Numbered from the stretch's first letter, positions 10,044 through 19,312 are shown. The stretch is 64,000 nucleotides of DNA from Candidatus Micrarchaeota archaeon (GCA_027046625.1 JALTXX010000016.1:32001-96000); one strand, 5' to 3'. Notes: generated by a model not told the origin, from the sequence alone. Program-made: numbers and translations.

Positions 10044-10633
10044 TATATGATGGGATTTAGAGACTTTAAGAGGTTTTCATAGAAGCGTTGAAGCCTTTGC
10101 TGATTTTTTACCATTTTCCAATTAGCGATGTTTACCATCTTTGAAAGAGTGGCATCCTCCAGAACTCTTTCCCCCTCCCAAACTACAGGAACCGCCATGT
10201 ATTCTATGTTTCTAAGCTCTATGTGGTAAATGCCCTCTCTGAAACTCTGAACACCAGCCACCTTAATTCCCGACTCTCGTGCAATGGAGAGAATGCGCTT
10301 GGCAGATTCGAGATCCTTTGAAGCTAGATGAAGGATGAAGGGTTCGACCTTAAACCACAAAAACATACCCTCGAAGGAGGATACCTTATCCAAGACCTCC
10401 TCTACCATTACGGGTCTGTGCCACTTCCCCACAAATGAGGACGGCTCTTTTCTCTCATACAAGTCGGTAGCTAGTAATACTACCCTTCCTGAGCAAGAAG
10501 AGGTGGTAACAAACTCTTCTTTGTTGTTTATAACATTTAAAACAGGTATAATAGGTACGTCTACAGCCTCTTCCTTCAAAGCCTCTTCCAGTTTTCTCAA
10601 ATGCTTTCTCCGATAGGTTTTCCAAATATCCAT
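10043..10633 (-). CDS. taw3: tRNA wyosine-derivative methyltransferase Taw3/Tyw3
   Basis: VD.PI, TTSSCSGRV, KWH and EPFILH motifs; start set at MDIWKT. Confidence 0.9.
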   Translation of the reverse strand: MDIWKTYRRKHLRKLEEALKEEAVDVPIIPVLNVINNKEEFVTTSSCSGRVVLLATDLYERKEPSSFVGKWHRPVMVEEVLDKVSSFEGMFLWFKVEPFILHLASKDLESAKRILSIARESGIKVAGVQSFREGIYHIELRNIEYMAVPVVWEGERVLEDATLSKMVNIANWKMVKNQQRLQRFYENLLKSLNPII

Positions 10634-10682
10634 GAAAGAAGAGGCTCCATGCATTTTAAATCTTCGTGTATCATTTTTTCCC

Positions 10683-10982
10683 ATGGGAAAGGTTACCTAT
10701 GTAACGTGCATATACTGTGGAAGGAGGGTTCCCCGAGATTCTGCTGTACCTGTTTACAAAACCCCATCCTGGTTGTCAGCTCTTGACAACACCCAAGAGA
10801 TCACCTTTGTGGGTTGGGGAGCGGAGAAGGTCTATGTTTGTATTTCCTGTGCCAAACATAGAGGAATATCATTTGAGGGATGGAGGGTAAAGATAGTAAG
10901 GGAGGACAGAAAGGTTAGAGAGCAGAAAAGAAAGAAGGCTTTGGGAAAGAAAAAGAAATCAGCTAACTCTGTAAAGAATTAG
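10683..10982 (+). CDS. rps26e: 30S ribosomal protein S26e (eS26)-like Zn-finger protein
   Basis: VTCIYCGRRVPRDSA and YVCISCAKHRGI match the eS26 pattern C-x2-C-GRxVPRDKA...YCVSCAxHxxI; basic tail. Confidence 0.8.
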   Translation: MGKVTYVTCIYCGRRVPRDSAVPVYKTPSWLSALDNTQEITFVGWGAEKVYVCISCAKHRGISFEGWRVKIVREDRKVREQKRKKALGKKKKSANSVKN

Positions 10983-13319
10983 ATAACCAGTAGGAGACAC
11001 ATACACAGGTTTCACTCTTTCGTTCCCTCCCTTCCATAGAAGGAACATAAAGCTCCGATTCATCTTTTCTGTGACCAATACTAGCCTGTCCTCTATTTTG
11101 TATACGCCGTATCCCTTGAATTTGGGCAGCTCCTCAAAGGGTAGGGGTGCAAGAAATACAGAGGGAGCCCTTTCTATAATGTTTTTCTCCACAAAAATGG
11201 GGTTGATAGGATCGCCGCAGTTGTAGTAGTTATCATACAAGCCTGTGACGGGTTTGCAGGGCTGTGTTATGTAGAAGAGATAGTCGGGCGCAAGCTGGGA
11301 AGCAGCCCTAAATCCATAGGCATAGAGAAGGAATGCGTTGTATCCATAGATGTAATCTCTACTCCAAAGTATATAGTCATAGTTCTTTTCCTGTACCCTC
11401 CTTATCCCCTCCTCCCATGGGGACAAGAAAGTTTCTGCAACATACTGGTTAGCCTTGAACACGACATTTGTGTTATCTGTTGCAAGGTATCTCTCTGTGA
11501 AGAAGGCCAGCCAGTGCCCTAAACCCCACCAGTTAAATATGGCAGCATTCTTTTCTGTGTTCTTCTCTATAAACTCAAAGGTAGCCAAATAGTCAGGCCC
11601 CCTCATCCAGAACGTGTCTGAAGTGATAGGTGCAATAGTGAGGGCCTCTGCAGCCTCCTCCGGATAAAGGAGGGTAGGAACTCTACCAACTGTGTGGAAT
11701 ATGCCTGTTGCAAGGAGTGCAAACACTATTATAATATAAATAGTAAGGATCCATTCCTTCTTTCCTCTGTTCCAGAGATCTGCCAGCACAAGACCGGCTA
11801 CCAATCCCAGAGGAGCGCCAAAATAGTAGTTTGTCTTTAGTTTTATCCATGCAAGGTAGAGAGTGAGTCCGAATACGGCCAGAATAATAAGATATTCTGG
11901 TCTCCTTTTGTATATAAGGAAGGGAACAGCAAAGAGGGTAAATACTGCCAGAATAGAAAACTTAGGGGACCAGAAGAAGTACCCATATCTTTCCTCCACT
12001 ACTGTTGCACCAATAACGCCATACCTTTGCTCTAATAGGGGTACATTTCCTCCAAGGAAGTCTTCTATCCAGTTGTAACCGTTGTAGAAGACGGACAGTA
12101 ACCCCACCAAAAGCACAAGAACCGTTCCCCCGAGGAGATAGATCCACTCTCTTCTATCGTACCTTTTTGGAACCACAGTTGTTGCGGCGAATGATCCAAT
12201 CACCTGTGCAACAAATACCACAATTATACTGCCGAATATCATCTGATAAAGATCTACACCTGGGATGTTTCCTCCTACCTCTTTATACGCCTCTCCATAT
12301 CCAATTATCCTTTCCCTTCCATCCTCCAGTGTTACTGTCATTTTGAACCCAGCGGTTGCACTTACCATGTAAAAGGGTATGGCAAGGAGGAGAGATGCCA
12401 AAGAGAAGTAAAACCACTTCTTTTCCTTTGTTATAAGGTGTAGTGTCAAAAAGTATGCCATGAGACCCATCAGTACAGGAATGAGGGGATGGGTTCCCAG
12501 TACAAGGAGGGTGGCAGCTCCCACGCTATTTATATCTGTTGATAAGGTACCCACACTCTCAAGAGTGTTCACCGCTGTTCCTATGGCTAGTGAACGGAAT
12601 AGTAGCCACACAACAATGGCTCCTATCGCTGTAAGGATAGCCCCTATGGTGGGTGTGATGGGAAATCTACTACCTATCTGAAGCGCTATCTCTCTTGCAA
12701 TGAATAGACCTATTGAGAGTAGAAGGGTATAGACTACTAGTTCGTAGGCCTTCCAGGCCACTGCAACCCCTAACCACGATATGGAAGACAGTAGAAGGAA
12801 CTTCCAATCTCTTCTCCTGACACCTTCCACAAATAGGAACACTCCAAGTAAAAATAGAGCCAATCCTACTGCATCATCCTCATAAAAGCCCGCCATACTT
12901 CTATACACATACCCCGGGTTTGTGGCAGCCAACGTCCCGGAGAGTATACCTGCAAGGGGTCCACCAACGTAGAATGCAAGCAAAGCCATGGACAAGCTTC
13001 CGATTACACCAAAGAAGGTGGATAAATCCTTCAGCGCGATAAACCACTGTTCCCTATTGTACTCTTCACCAAATCGTATCTTGTAATACCATGCTGGTAG
13101 GTAGAAGGATAACTCCTTTGGAATAGGAGGGTGTTCAAAATTGTAAGAGTATAAAGGATCCCTTTCTGGTAATTCTCCATTGAGTAGCACATACTTTCCA
13201 TGGCGTGCAAACCAATAGGAATCTATACCAAAGATATTTTCCCAGTGATACAGAAAGGCTCTTGCACCTATTGCCATAAGGGATACCACTAGGACGAGGA
13301 TAACAAGGTCCCTCTTCAC
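10959..13319 (-). CDS. aglB: STT3/AglB-family oligosaccharyltransferase with variant WWGLG motif
   Basis: GIDSYWFAR, RSMAGFYEDD, TVVEE and NWWGLGHW motifs; many TM helices followed by an external domain. Confidence 0.8.
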   Translation of the reverse strand: MKRDLVILVLVVSLMAIGARAFLYHWENIFGIDSYWFARHGKYVLLNGELPERDPLYSYNFEHPPIPKELSFYLPAWYYKIRFGEEYNREQWFIALKDLSTFFGVIGSLSMALLAFYVGGPLAGILSGTLAATNPGYVYRSMAGFYEDDAVGLALFLLGVFLFVEGVRRRDWKFLLLSSISWLGVAVAWKAYELVVYTLLLSIGLFIAREIALQIGSRFPITPTIGAILTAIGAIVVWLLFRSLAIGTAVNTLESVGTLSTDINSVGAATLLVLGTHPLIPVLMGLMAYFLTLHLITKEKKWFYFSLASLLLAIPFYMVSATAGFKMTVTLEDGRERIIGYGEAYKEVGGNIPGVDLYQMIFGSIIVVFVAQVIGSFAATTVVPKRYDRREWIYLLGGTVLVLLVGLLSVFYNGYNWIEDFLGGNVPLLEQRYGVIGATVVEERYGYFFWSPKFSILAVFTLFAVPFLIYKRRPEYLIILAVFGLTLYLAWIKLKTNYYFGAPLGLVAGLVLADLWNRGKKEWILTIYIIIVFALLATGIFHTVGRVPTLLYPEEAAEALTIAPITSDTFWMRGPDYLATFEFIEKNTEKNAAIFNWWGLGHWLAFFTERYLATDNTNVVFKANQYVAETFLSPWEEGIRRVQEKNYDYILWSRDYIYGYNAFLLYAYGFRAASQLAPDYLFYITQPCKPVTGLYDNYYNCGDPINPIFVEKNIIERAPSVFLAPLPFEELPKFKGYGVYKIEDRLVLVTEKMNRSFMFLLWKGGNERVKPVYVSPTGYLILYRVS

Positions 13320-13364
13320 CTCAATATTAGGCTTGGGATGATGTTAAAAGGGTTGTGTAGTGAA

Positions 13365-13439
<75 letters not shown>

Positions 13440-13440
13440 T

Positions 13441-13507
13441 CCATATGGGGGTTTAGACTCTATCACCCCATGCTGGTGGGACCTTTTGATCCCTATCTAC
13501 CATATGC
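13441..13507 (-). ncRNA. Candidate non-canonical dual-guide (C/D-like) RNA directly 5' of tRNA-Val
   Basis: Contains GGTAGATAGGGA and GTCTAAACCC, antisense to conserved 23S segments (E. coli about 2609-2620 and 2581-2590); closed by a CATATGG/CCATATG stem. Confidence 0.55.
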
Positions 13508-13546
13508 TGAAGGTAAGGTTAAAAAGTAGGCCTCCCAATTTATGAG

Positions 13547-14140
13547 GTGTTTATCGTAATAGAGGGAATAGACGGCTCCGGTAAAACCACACAGGCCCAG
13601 CTTCTTTATGCCTATCTTCTTAAAAAGGGCTATAAGGTTCACCTGACAGCAGAGCCCAGCCCCCACGTTACTGGAAATGCACTAAAACTTCTTTTAAGAA
13701 GCAAAGAAAAACTGCCAAAAGGAGTTTTGCTCCTTTCCTTCTTGGCAGACAGAATAACTCACACGGAGAATACCATTAAGCCCCTTTTGAAGGAAGGATA
13801 CATTGTAATATCGGATAGATACCATCCATCTACCCTTGCGTACCAACGGGTAGAGGGATTTGAAGAGAGAGATATAAACACAGTACTAAAGGTGCTAGGC
13901 GCATCCCTTCCCATTCCGGATGTGGTGATTTACATAGATGTATCCCCTGAAGTGGCCATGGAGAGGATGCGAAGAAGGAGTAGCAGGGCAATATATGAGG
14001 AACTAGAATTCCTTAGACAGGTTAGGGAGCGATACCTTTCTATGAAGGATATAGTGGTAGTTAATGGAGAAAGAGACCCTATAACTATCCATAAGGAAGT
14101 GGTAAGCATCGTAGAGAAGTTGTTATCCTCCGATAGGTGA
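13547..14140 (+). CDS. tmk: Thymidylate kinase
   Basis: IEGIDGSGKTTQ, EP, ADR..H and DRY..S.LAYQ motifs. Confidence 0.95.
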   Translation: MFIVIEGIDGSGKTTQAQLLYAYLLKKGYKVHLTAEPSPHVTGNALKLLLRSKEKLPKGVLLLSFLADRITHTENTIKPLLKEGYIVISDRYHPSTLAYQRVEGFEERDINTVLKVLGASLPIPDVVIYIDVSPEVAMERMRRRSSRAIYEELEFLRQVRERYLSMKDIVVVNGERDPITIHKEVVSIVEKLLSSDR

Positions 14141-14647
14141 AACCCTTACCTTGTAGTGACCCGGCATCTTCATGGCGGCCCTTCGCATAGCCTCTCTCAC
14201 AACATTCTCATACCTTTTATAACTTACTACCTCAAACATGATCTTCCCTGGGTAAACCTGTGCTGCCCTCCCTATAGGTTTTCCAAAGGCCATTCTCATA
14301 CCTTTCTGTAATCTATCAGCTCCAGCACCCGTTATTTGCTTGTTCTCTCTTAGAACATGGTGAGGATATGCCCTCACCCTTATGAAGAAGTTTTTGGGTA
14401 TCTTTTTCTCCAAATATTTAATTATGGATAACCTTGCAGCCTCTATGGCATTATCCCTTACCTGAACAGCATCCTGGGCTATGAGAGTATAGACAGTGTC
14501 AAAATCCTCCTTCATCTCCCCTTGCACGAACTTTCTTATCTTTGGAACAGGATTTGCACCAATGTAATTCTTCTCTGGCACTTTTACTGCTACTCTTGTA
14601 TAGGGTCTCTCTATCTCTCTGTAGCATCGCGCAGGTCTCAGTCCCAT
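14123..14647 (-). CDS. rpl10e: 50S ribosomal protein L10e (uL16)
   Basis: RPARCYR, YPHHVLRENK and GADRLQKGMRMAFGKP motifs. Confidence 0.97.
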   Translation of the reverse strand: MGLRPARCYREIERPYTRVAVKVPEKNYIGANPVPKIRKFVQGEMKEDFDTVYTLIAQDAVQVRDNAIEAARLSIIKYLEKKIPKNFFIRVRAYPHHVLRENKQITGAGADRLQKGMRMAFGKPIGRAAQVYPGKIMFEVVSYKRYENVVREAMRRAAMKMPGHYKVRVSPIGG

Positions 14648-14727
14648 GCCACTATGATGGAATGTGAGATTTAAAAAGTGCTCGGCCTTAGCAACGCTTA
14701 AATATGCAGAGTACCTAACTCAACATA

Positions 14728-16020
14728 ATGAGAGCCATCCTTCTGCTCCTTCTTTTGCCCTTCGCCTTTTCCAAGGTTGGTATATATGCAAAAGATTTTT
14801 CCGTAACTTGTTATAGATATAGCGACGATGTAAGATCTCTAAATCCAGAAACGCCGAATATTTTGGTGTCCTATCTGAGAGATGGAGGATTTGATGTGGA
14901 GCTCTTCTACTCTACGGAGGATATTGGAAAGTATGACGGAATAATAGTACTTGGATGTACATCTATGGATCCAAAGGATGTAGAGAGATTTCTATCCTTT
15001 GAAGGAAGGTTGGTGGTGGATGCTAGGGATGACAATCCTCTTTCTTCTGCGCTAGGTGTAAAGAGGAAGAGTTATCCCCTTGAGGGGACGGATACAAGCT
15101 CCTTCAGAGACGTATATGTGAACATTACAAATGGGATCCTTCTAAAGCACGTTATAAAGGGAGGCCCGCTTGTAGGGTATGAAAGGATGTATTATGTTGG
15201 CAATCCCATATTCCTTCCTTCAAGATTTAAAAGCGGGTTCTTGACCCCAACGGGAGAGGATGTGTTAGGAATAGACGATAACGTGGTGGTGACAGGATGT
15301 TTTTACTGTTCAGACCCGCTTCTGCTATATAACTTGGTGGACTGGGTAGAGGACGGGAAGATAGACTTCCCCAGCTTTTACATTGAGAGGGAGATAACCC
15401 CCTCCTTGGTGAGGGTAGGGGGTACCTTTGTGGACATTGTAAGGGTTAGGTCTCCCAAGGAGATGGAAGTGAGGGGAGAATACATATACGGTGAGGGCGG
15501 CGGGCAGTTCTGCAACTTTACACCCATAAATACAGAGTTTTCCGGTCCGGAAATAACAGGAAGAGAGTACGAAGTAGAAGCAAGGTTTATTTACAGGCCG
15601 GAAGAGCCCGTGTACTGCTATCTTCCTCCTGTAGTACTTGATCTTCTATGGAAAGCTTATAAGAGAACCGTAATACTTGATGCTATACCTGTAACAGTAT
15701 CTTCTACTACTGTAGCGTTACCAGAAAGACCCCTAGACTGGATATACGTTTTGATTCCTCTAATTCTACTTATACTACTCTCTCCCTTCCTCTATAAACA
15801 GCTAAAAATAAGGAGGCTAAAGAAGCGATGGATTCAGTTAAAGAGGCTTATAGACAAGACAAACCAGCGTTATATGGCAAGGAAGATATCTAAAGAGGTG
15901 TATGAAGAGCTTATAACGGAGTATACGAAGGAGCTTCAGCTTGTTGAAGGAGCGCTCACCGAGCTTGGCGTAGATATAACCACCCTAGAACGATCACACC
16001 GCCCACAAGGAGAACGATAA
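14728..16020 (+). CDS. Hypothetical exported, C-terminally membrane-anchored protein
   Basis: Signal peptide; TM helix WIYVLIPLILLILL; cytoplasmic coiled tail (YMARKISKEVYEEL). Confidence 0.75.
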   Translation: MRAILLLLLLPFAFSKVGIYAKDFSVTCYRYSDDVRSLNPETPNILVSYLRDGGFDVELFYSTEDIGKYDGIIVLGCTSMDPKDVERFLSFEGRLVVDARDDNPLSSALGVKRKSYPLEGTDTSSFRDVYVNITNGILLKHVIKGGPLVGYERMYYVGNPIFLPSRFKSGFLTPTGEDVLGIDDNVVVTGCFYCSDPLLLYNLVDWVEDGKIDFPSFYIEREITPSLVRVGGTFVDIVRVRSPKEMEVRGEYIYGEGGGQFCNFTPINTEFSGPEITGREYEVEARFIYRPEEPVYCYLPPVVLDLLWKAYKRTVILDAIPVTVSSTTVALPERPLDWIYVLIPLILLILLSPFLYKQLKIRRLKKRWIQLKRLIDKTNQRYMARKISKEVYEELITEYTKELQLVEGALTELGVDITTLERSHRPQGER

Positions 16021-16846
16021 AGTATAGCGGGATACCCTCTTCACTTCCATATACTGTGGTGCTTGATTTTGTAGAACACTCCCCAGATCTTACCTCTACT
16101 GTGATCTCCACAGGGAAGGATTCCACCCTTGATATTATTTCAAACAGTTTGGAATCCTTGGTGTATCGCACCTCCACGTTGTTACCATTTAGTGTAGCCA
16201 CAACGTTGGAGGGGACGACCCTTTTACCATCTAGGAGCACCTCAAAGGTGTGTATTATGTATGTATCTCCTCCTTCCCTTAGCTGCTTGGTGGAAAGGTG
16301 GTTGATCTCCAGATTGCAGGATGAGAGTTTTACTATGGGAGAAGAGAGGGATGGGGAGCCCCTTCTTACCCTATAGCTGAGATAACCTCTCCCGTCCTTT
16401 ACAGTAACAAACCATGCAACGGTAGGATCAAACTCCAATACCATTTTATCCTCCGAGAGTATCTCGTCCGCATCCTCTACCATCTCCTTGGGAAACTCCT
16501 CTATCACAAGGTAATTTCCATCCTCCCCCTCTATAGTAATGGATACGCTTTTTCCATTGATTGTCTTTGACCAGTTATTCCCCTTGATGACATCGTAATC
16601 TACTGTTACAAGCTTGTTATCCAGGGAAGTAAACACAACCCTAAGCTTATCTCCTGCATCAATATCTGCACAACACACATACTTCCCATTTTTGTATTCA
16701 CAGGTTGCCAGTGCGGTGCTATCATCTGACATGAAAGTGGCGTAATTCTTTACATTTGGGAGTCTATCTACGCAGATTGTGTTTGCGAATGATGTGGTAG
16801 ACAGTACGAGCAGGAACACCAGTGGATAAAGCAATGGACGCCACAT
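15956..16846 (-). CDS. Hypothetical exported protein with C-terminal TM anchor
   Basis: Signal peptide MWRPLLYPLVFLLVLSTTSFA, beta-rich body, C-terminal TM; its 5' end overlaps the upstream HTH gene by 83 nt. Confidence 0.65.
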   Translation of the reverse strand: MWRPLLYPLVFLLVLSTTSFANTICVDRLPNVKNYATFMSDDSTALATCEYKNGKYVCCADIDAGDKLRVVFTSLDNKLVTVDYDVIKGNNWSKTINGKSVSITIEGEDGNYLVIEEFPKEMVEDADEILSEDKMVLEFDPTVAWFVTVKDGRGYLSYRVRRGSPSLSSPIVKLSSCNLEINHLSTKQLREGGDTYIIHTFEVLLDGKRVVPSNVVATLNGNNVEVRYTKDSKLFEIISRVESFPVEITVEVRSGECSTKSSTTVYGSEEGIPLYFIVLLVGGVIVLGWLYLRQAR

Positions 16847-17111
16847 CTTCTCCAGAAACATATTTGTGCAGGATGATTTTAATGGTTTCCTCAGAATGCT
16901 TTGGAGGTCTTCCCCTCCCCCTCCCGCTCTCCACCACCCTGATGCCCACACTTTCCAAAGCCCTTATTACGGAGGGATCGGATATATGTTTAATACTCTT
17001 TGGAACTACTATGCGCTTTAAGGAGGGCATGCGAAGCAGTATGTTTGTTACAAGCTTTTTGGAAAGCCGAATGGATATGTAAACACTATCATCGTCCTTT
17101 AATTTTTCCAC
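16764..17111 (-). CDS. Small DNA-binding protein (DUF1699-like domain plus resolvase-type HTH)
   Basis: GRGRGRPPK linker followed by HTH (VASIALSTGVPARTVYHII); start uncertain (GTG at 17111 or upstream). Confidence 0.65.
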   Translation of the reverse strand: MEKLKDDDSVYISIRLSKKLVTNILLRMPSLKRIVVPKSIKHISDPSVIRALESVGIRVVESGRGRGRPPKHSEETIKIILHKYVSGEDVASIALSTGVPARTVYHIIRKHNLRR

Positions 17112-17112
17112 A

Positions 17113-18120
17113 TCACTTATTCTTCTCACTTTTTGCATTTTTCAATGCCTCCAAGAACCTTTCAGCTTTGCTCCCCCCTTTACACATATCCTTCAAGAGG
17201 GAGTGTGCAAGATCCCTTGTGTATAGAGAACGTCCCAATCCCTCAATCTTTTTTAACGTGCTTAGGATACGTTCTCTTTTGCATTCATCATCCCTAATAT
17301 AGGATTCTATCTGGTCTACTGATGTGACACCTCTCAAGGGCCTTTTTGGATAGTAGGGAGGGAAGTACGTGAAGTATTTAACAAGAAACCGGGATATTTC
17401 CCTAGCTACCCTATCTGATAGAATATGGTACGCCCTGAACCTCTTGCTCCTAACCTCCTTTAGTACGGCGGGATCTATTTCTCCCTCCTTTGTAAGAAAT
17501 CCTTCCTCCTCTAACCTTTGTAAAAGCATCCACATGATTTCTTCGTTTCTATATATGTTGTCAATGCCAAAGGAGAGTACAATGTTTACGTATCTCTGGG
17601 CCCTCTCCGATAACGTGGGTAGCTTAACCTCTTCAAGGGACTTTGCCAGACCTATATATGTAACTATGAGGTGAGTTGATCTAGGTAGCTTCTTTTTGTG
17701 CATAAAATCTGTAAACACCATGAAAGCGGCACCATTCTTTACAACCTTCATATAGGAGCCATCGTAGGGCAGAAATGGGATGTAATCCGTTAATATGTTA
17801 TCTTCTAGGGAGTATAGAGCCAGTTTGTTGGCATGATAAGCTACTGTAGCCCTCTCGAGGGTCCACTTCTTGATATTTATAGAGTATATATATCTTTTCA
17901 ACGCATTTATAGCCTCGAAGAGTTCCTCATCTTCCAGTTCTTCCATACCAGGAAGGAGCTTCCTAAGAGAAAGAGCAGGTGTGCGAAAGCCTTGCCTATG
18001 CATCTCTGATATGAACTCTTTGAGCCTTTTTACCCTTTTTCTTAGCGTGTTTACATCCCTTGTCTCATCATAGGCATCAAGCTCTTCATTTACCTGTGCT
18101 ACAAGTTCTCCCACGTCCAC
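17113..18120 (-). CDS. Hypothetical protein (possibly DUF530-like) downstream of topoisomerase VI
   Basis: 335-aa ORF with normal codon usage; GFRTP and LPYDGSY segments; family assignment is from memory only. Confidence 0.55.
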   Translation of the reverse strand: MDVGELVAQVNEELDAYDETRDVNTLRKRVKRLKEFISEMHRQGFRTPALSLRKLLPGMEELEDEELFEAINALKRYIYSINIKKWTLERATVAYHANKLALYSLEDNILTDYIPFLPYDGSYMKVVKNGAAFMVFTDFMHKKKLPRSTHLIVTYIGLAKSLEEVKLPTLSERAQRYVNIVLSFGIDNIYRNEEIMWMLLQRLEEEGFLTKEGEIDPAVLKEVRSKRFRAYHILSDRVAREISRFLVKYFTYFPPYYPKRPLRGVTSVDQIESYIRDDECKRERILSTLKKIEGLGRSLYTRDLAHSLLKDMCKGGSKAERFLEALKNAKSEKNK

Positions 18121-18163
18121 ATTACTATGGTACTACGCTGCTAATATAAGCATATCTGAAAAA

Positions 18164-19312
18164 TTATGGCAAAAAGGCCTTGGCCTCCAGCTTGGCAGGC
18201 ACATAATCCTTTGATATGAATCTCCAGTGTTTTGAGGCAGCAGCCTCAATTTCCATCTTGAACTGCTCTTTCTCTAGTAGTTCAAACTCTCTTTGCCATT
18301 CCTTCTTCTTAAACCATGGATAATTTTTCAGCTCGTTAACCCTCTTTATATCCCACTCCTTTAGTTTTATCTTCACTGTGGGCGGAAACTTGAACTCGTG
18401 GTAATCTGAGATGGTTAGACCCAGGAACCTGGCTGCAGGGGTTGCGAGTTGGGGAGAAAGGTAAGATAGGTTTATGGAGCCCTGTTTGTATACGGAATAT
18501 ATGTACCACCCAGCAGGATCTGCATCTGTGAGTACATACACAGGCAACTTAAATTCGTAGTGCAGTCTGTGAACTAACCTTCTTGTGGCCCTGTCTGCCT
18601 GGCCTCCGCCTGTTATAATGATGGCATTGTACTCATCCCAGAACCTATCCTCATGGAATCTTACCCAAGACGCAAACTTCTCAATAACTAGCACAAACTC
18701 TGCCTCTACCTTTTTTATGTGGACCCTTTCTGGCTCTACAATGGGAGGTATGGCCCAGCCCCCCATACCTAACATGGTTCCATCCACCTCTGTGACCCTA
18801 TGTTTTCCATCGGGGGACGGGACCCTCTCTTCTATCTCTATGGGGCCTGCTAGATGCCCCTTCCCTCCCTGGGACATGATGTGAAACTCCTCTCTTATGA
18901 CGTTTAGCATGGTTTCAAGGTCTTCTATAGCCTTGTCACTTTCCCTCTGCTCATCTACGAGGTTCTCCCTTGTGCCTGGAATAGTAAACTTTACTGTGTA
19001 GTAGAGATCTCTCAAGCTTGATGTAATACCCTCCTCTACAAGTTCCTTTATTCTGCTTGCCACCCATACAGTTTGGAGGAAGCGCTTTGCATGTGCTATA
19101 TTCAAGAAGTATCTTCTAGAAAGCTTTTCTCCCATAAGGATTACACCCTTTTCCTCGTCCCATATAACATTTGAGAGTGTTCTTGTTGGTAGCTCTATGT
19201 AAAGATCCTTCTCTTTCTCTGCTTTTTCTAGTATAGACTCTGCCCACTCCTTTAATCGCTTCAAAACCTCCTTATCCTTCCTTCTAATCTCCTCAATAAT
19301 CTTCTCGTTCAT
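18164..19312 (-). CDS. top6A: DNA topoisomerase VI subunit A
   Basis: SLRDLYY catalytic Tyr; EK, GGGQADRATR and DADPAG TOPRIM motifs. Confidence 0.97.
   Translation of the reverse strand: MNEKIIEEIRRKDKEVLKRLKEWAESILEKAEKEKDLYIELPTRTLSNVIWDEEKGVILMGEKLSRRYFLNIAHAKRFLQTVWVASRIKELVEEGITSSLRDLYYTVKFTIPGTRENLVDEQRESDKAIEDLETMLNVIREEFHIMSQGGKGHLAGPIEIEERVPSPDGKHRVTEVDGTMLGMGGWAIPPIVEPERVHIKKVEAEFVLVIEKFASWVRFHEDRFWDEYNAIIITGGGQADRATRRLVHRLHYEFKLPVYVLTDADPAGWYIYSVYKQGSINLSYLSPQLATPAARFLGLTISDYHEFKFPPTVKIKLKEWDIKRVNELKNYPWFKKKEWQREFELLEKEQFKMEIEAAASKHWRFISKDYVPAKLEAKAFLP

Noticed and set aside
13448-13501. Degenerate fragment of a 23S rRNA gene on the plus strand
   Set aside because: Only two short blocks match, and the sequence between them is longer than and unlike the conserved CGUCGUGAGACAG helix; an antisense guide fits better
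13441-13507. TIGR-like tandem guide array
   Set aside because: Single unit with no tandem repeats, and no Nop-domain gene nearby
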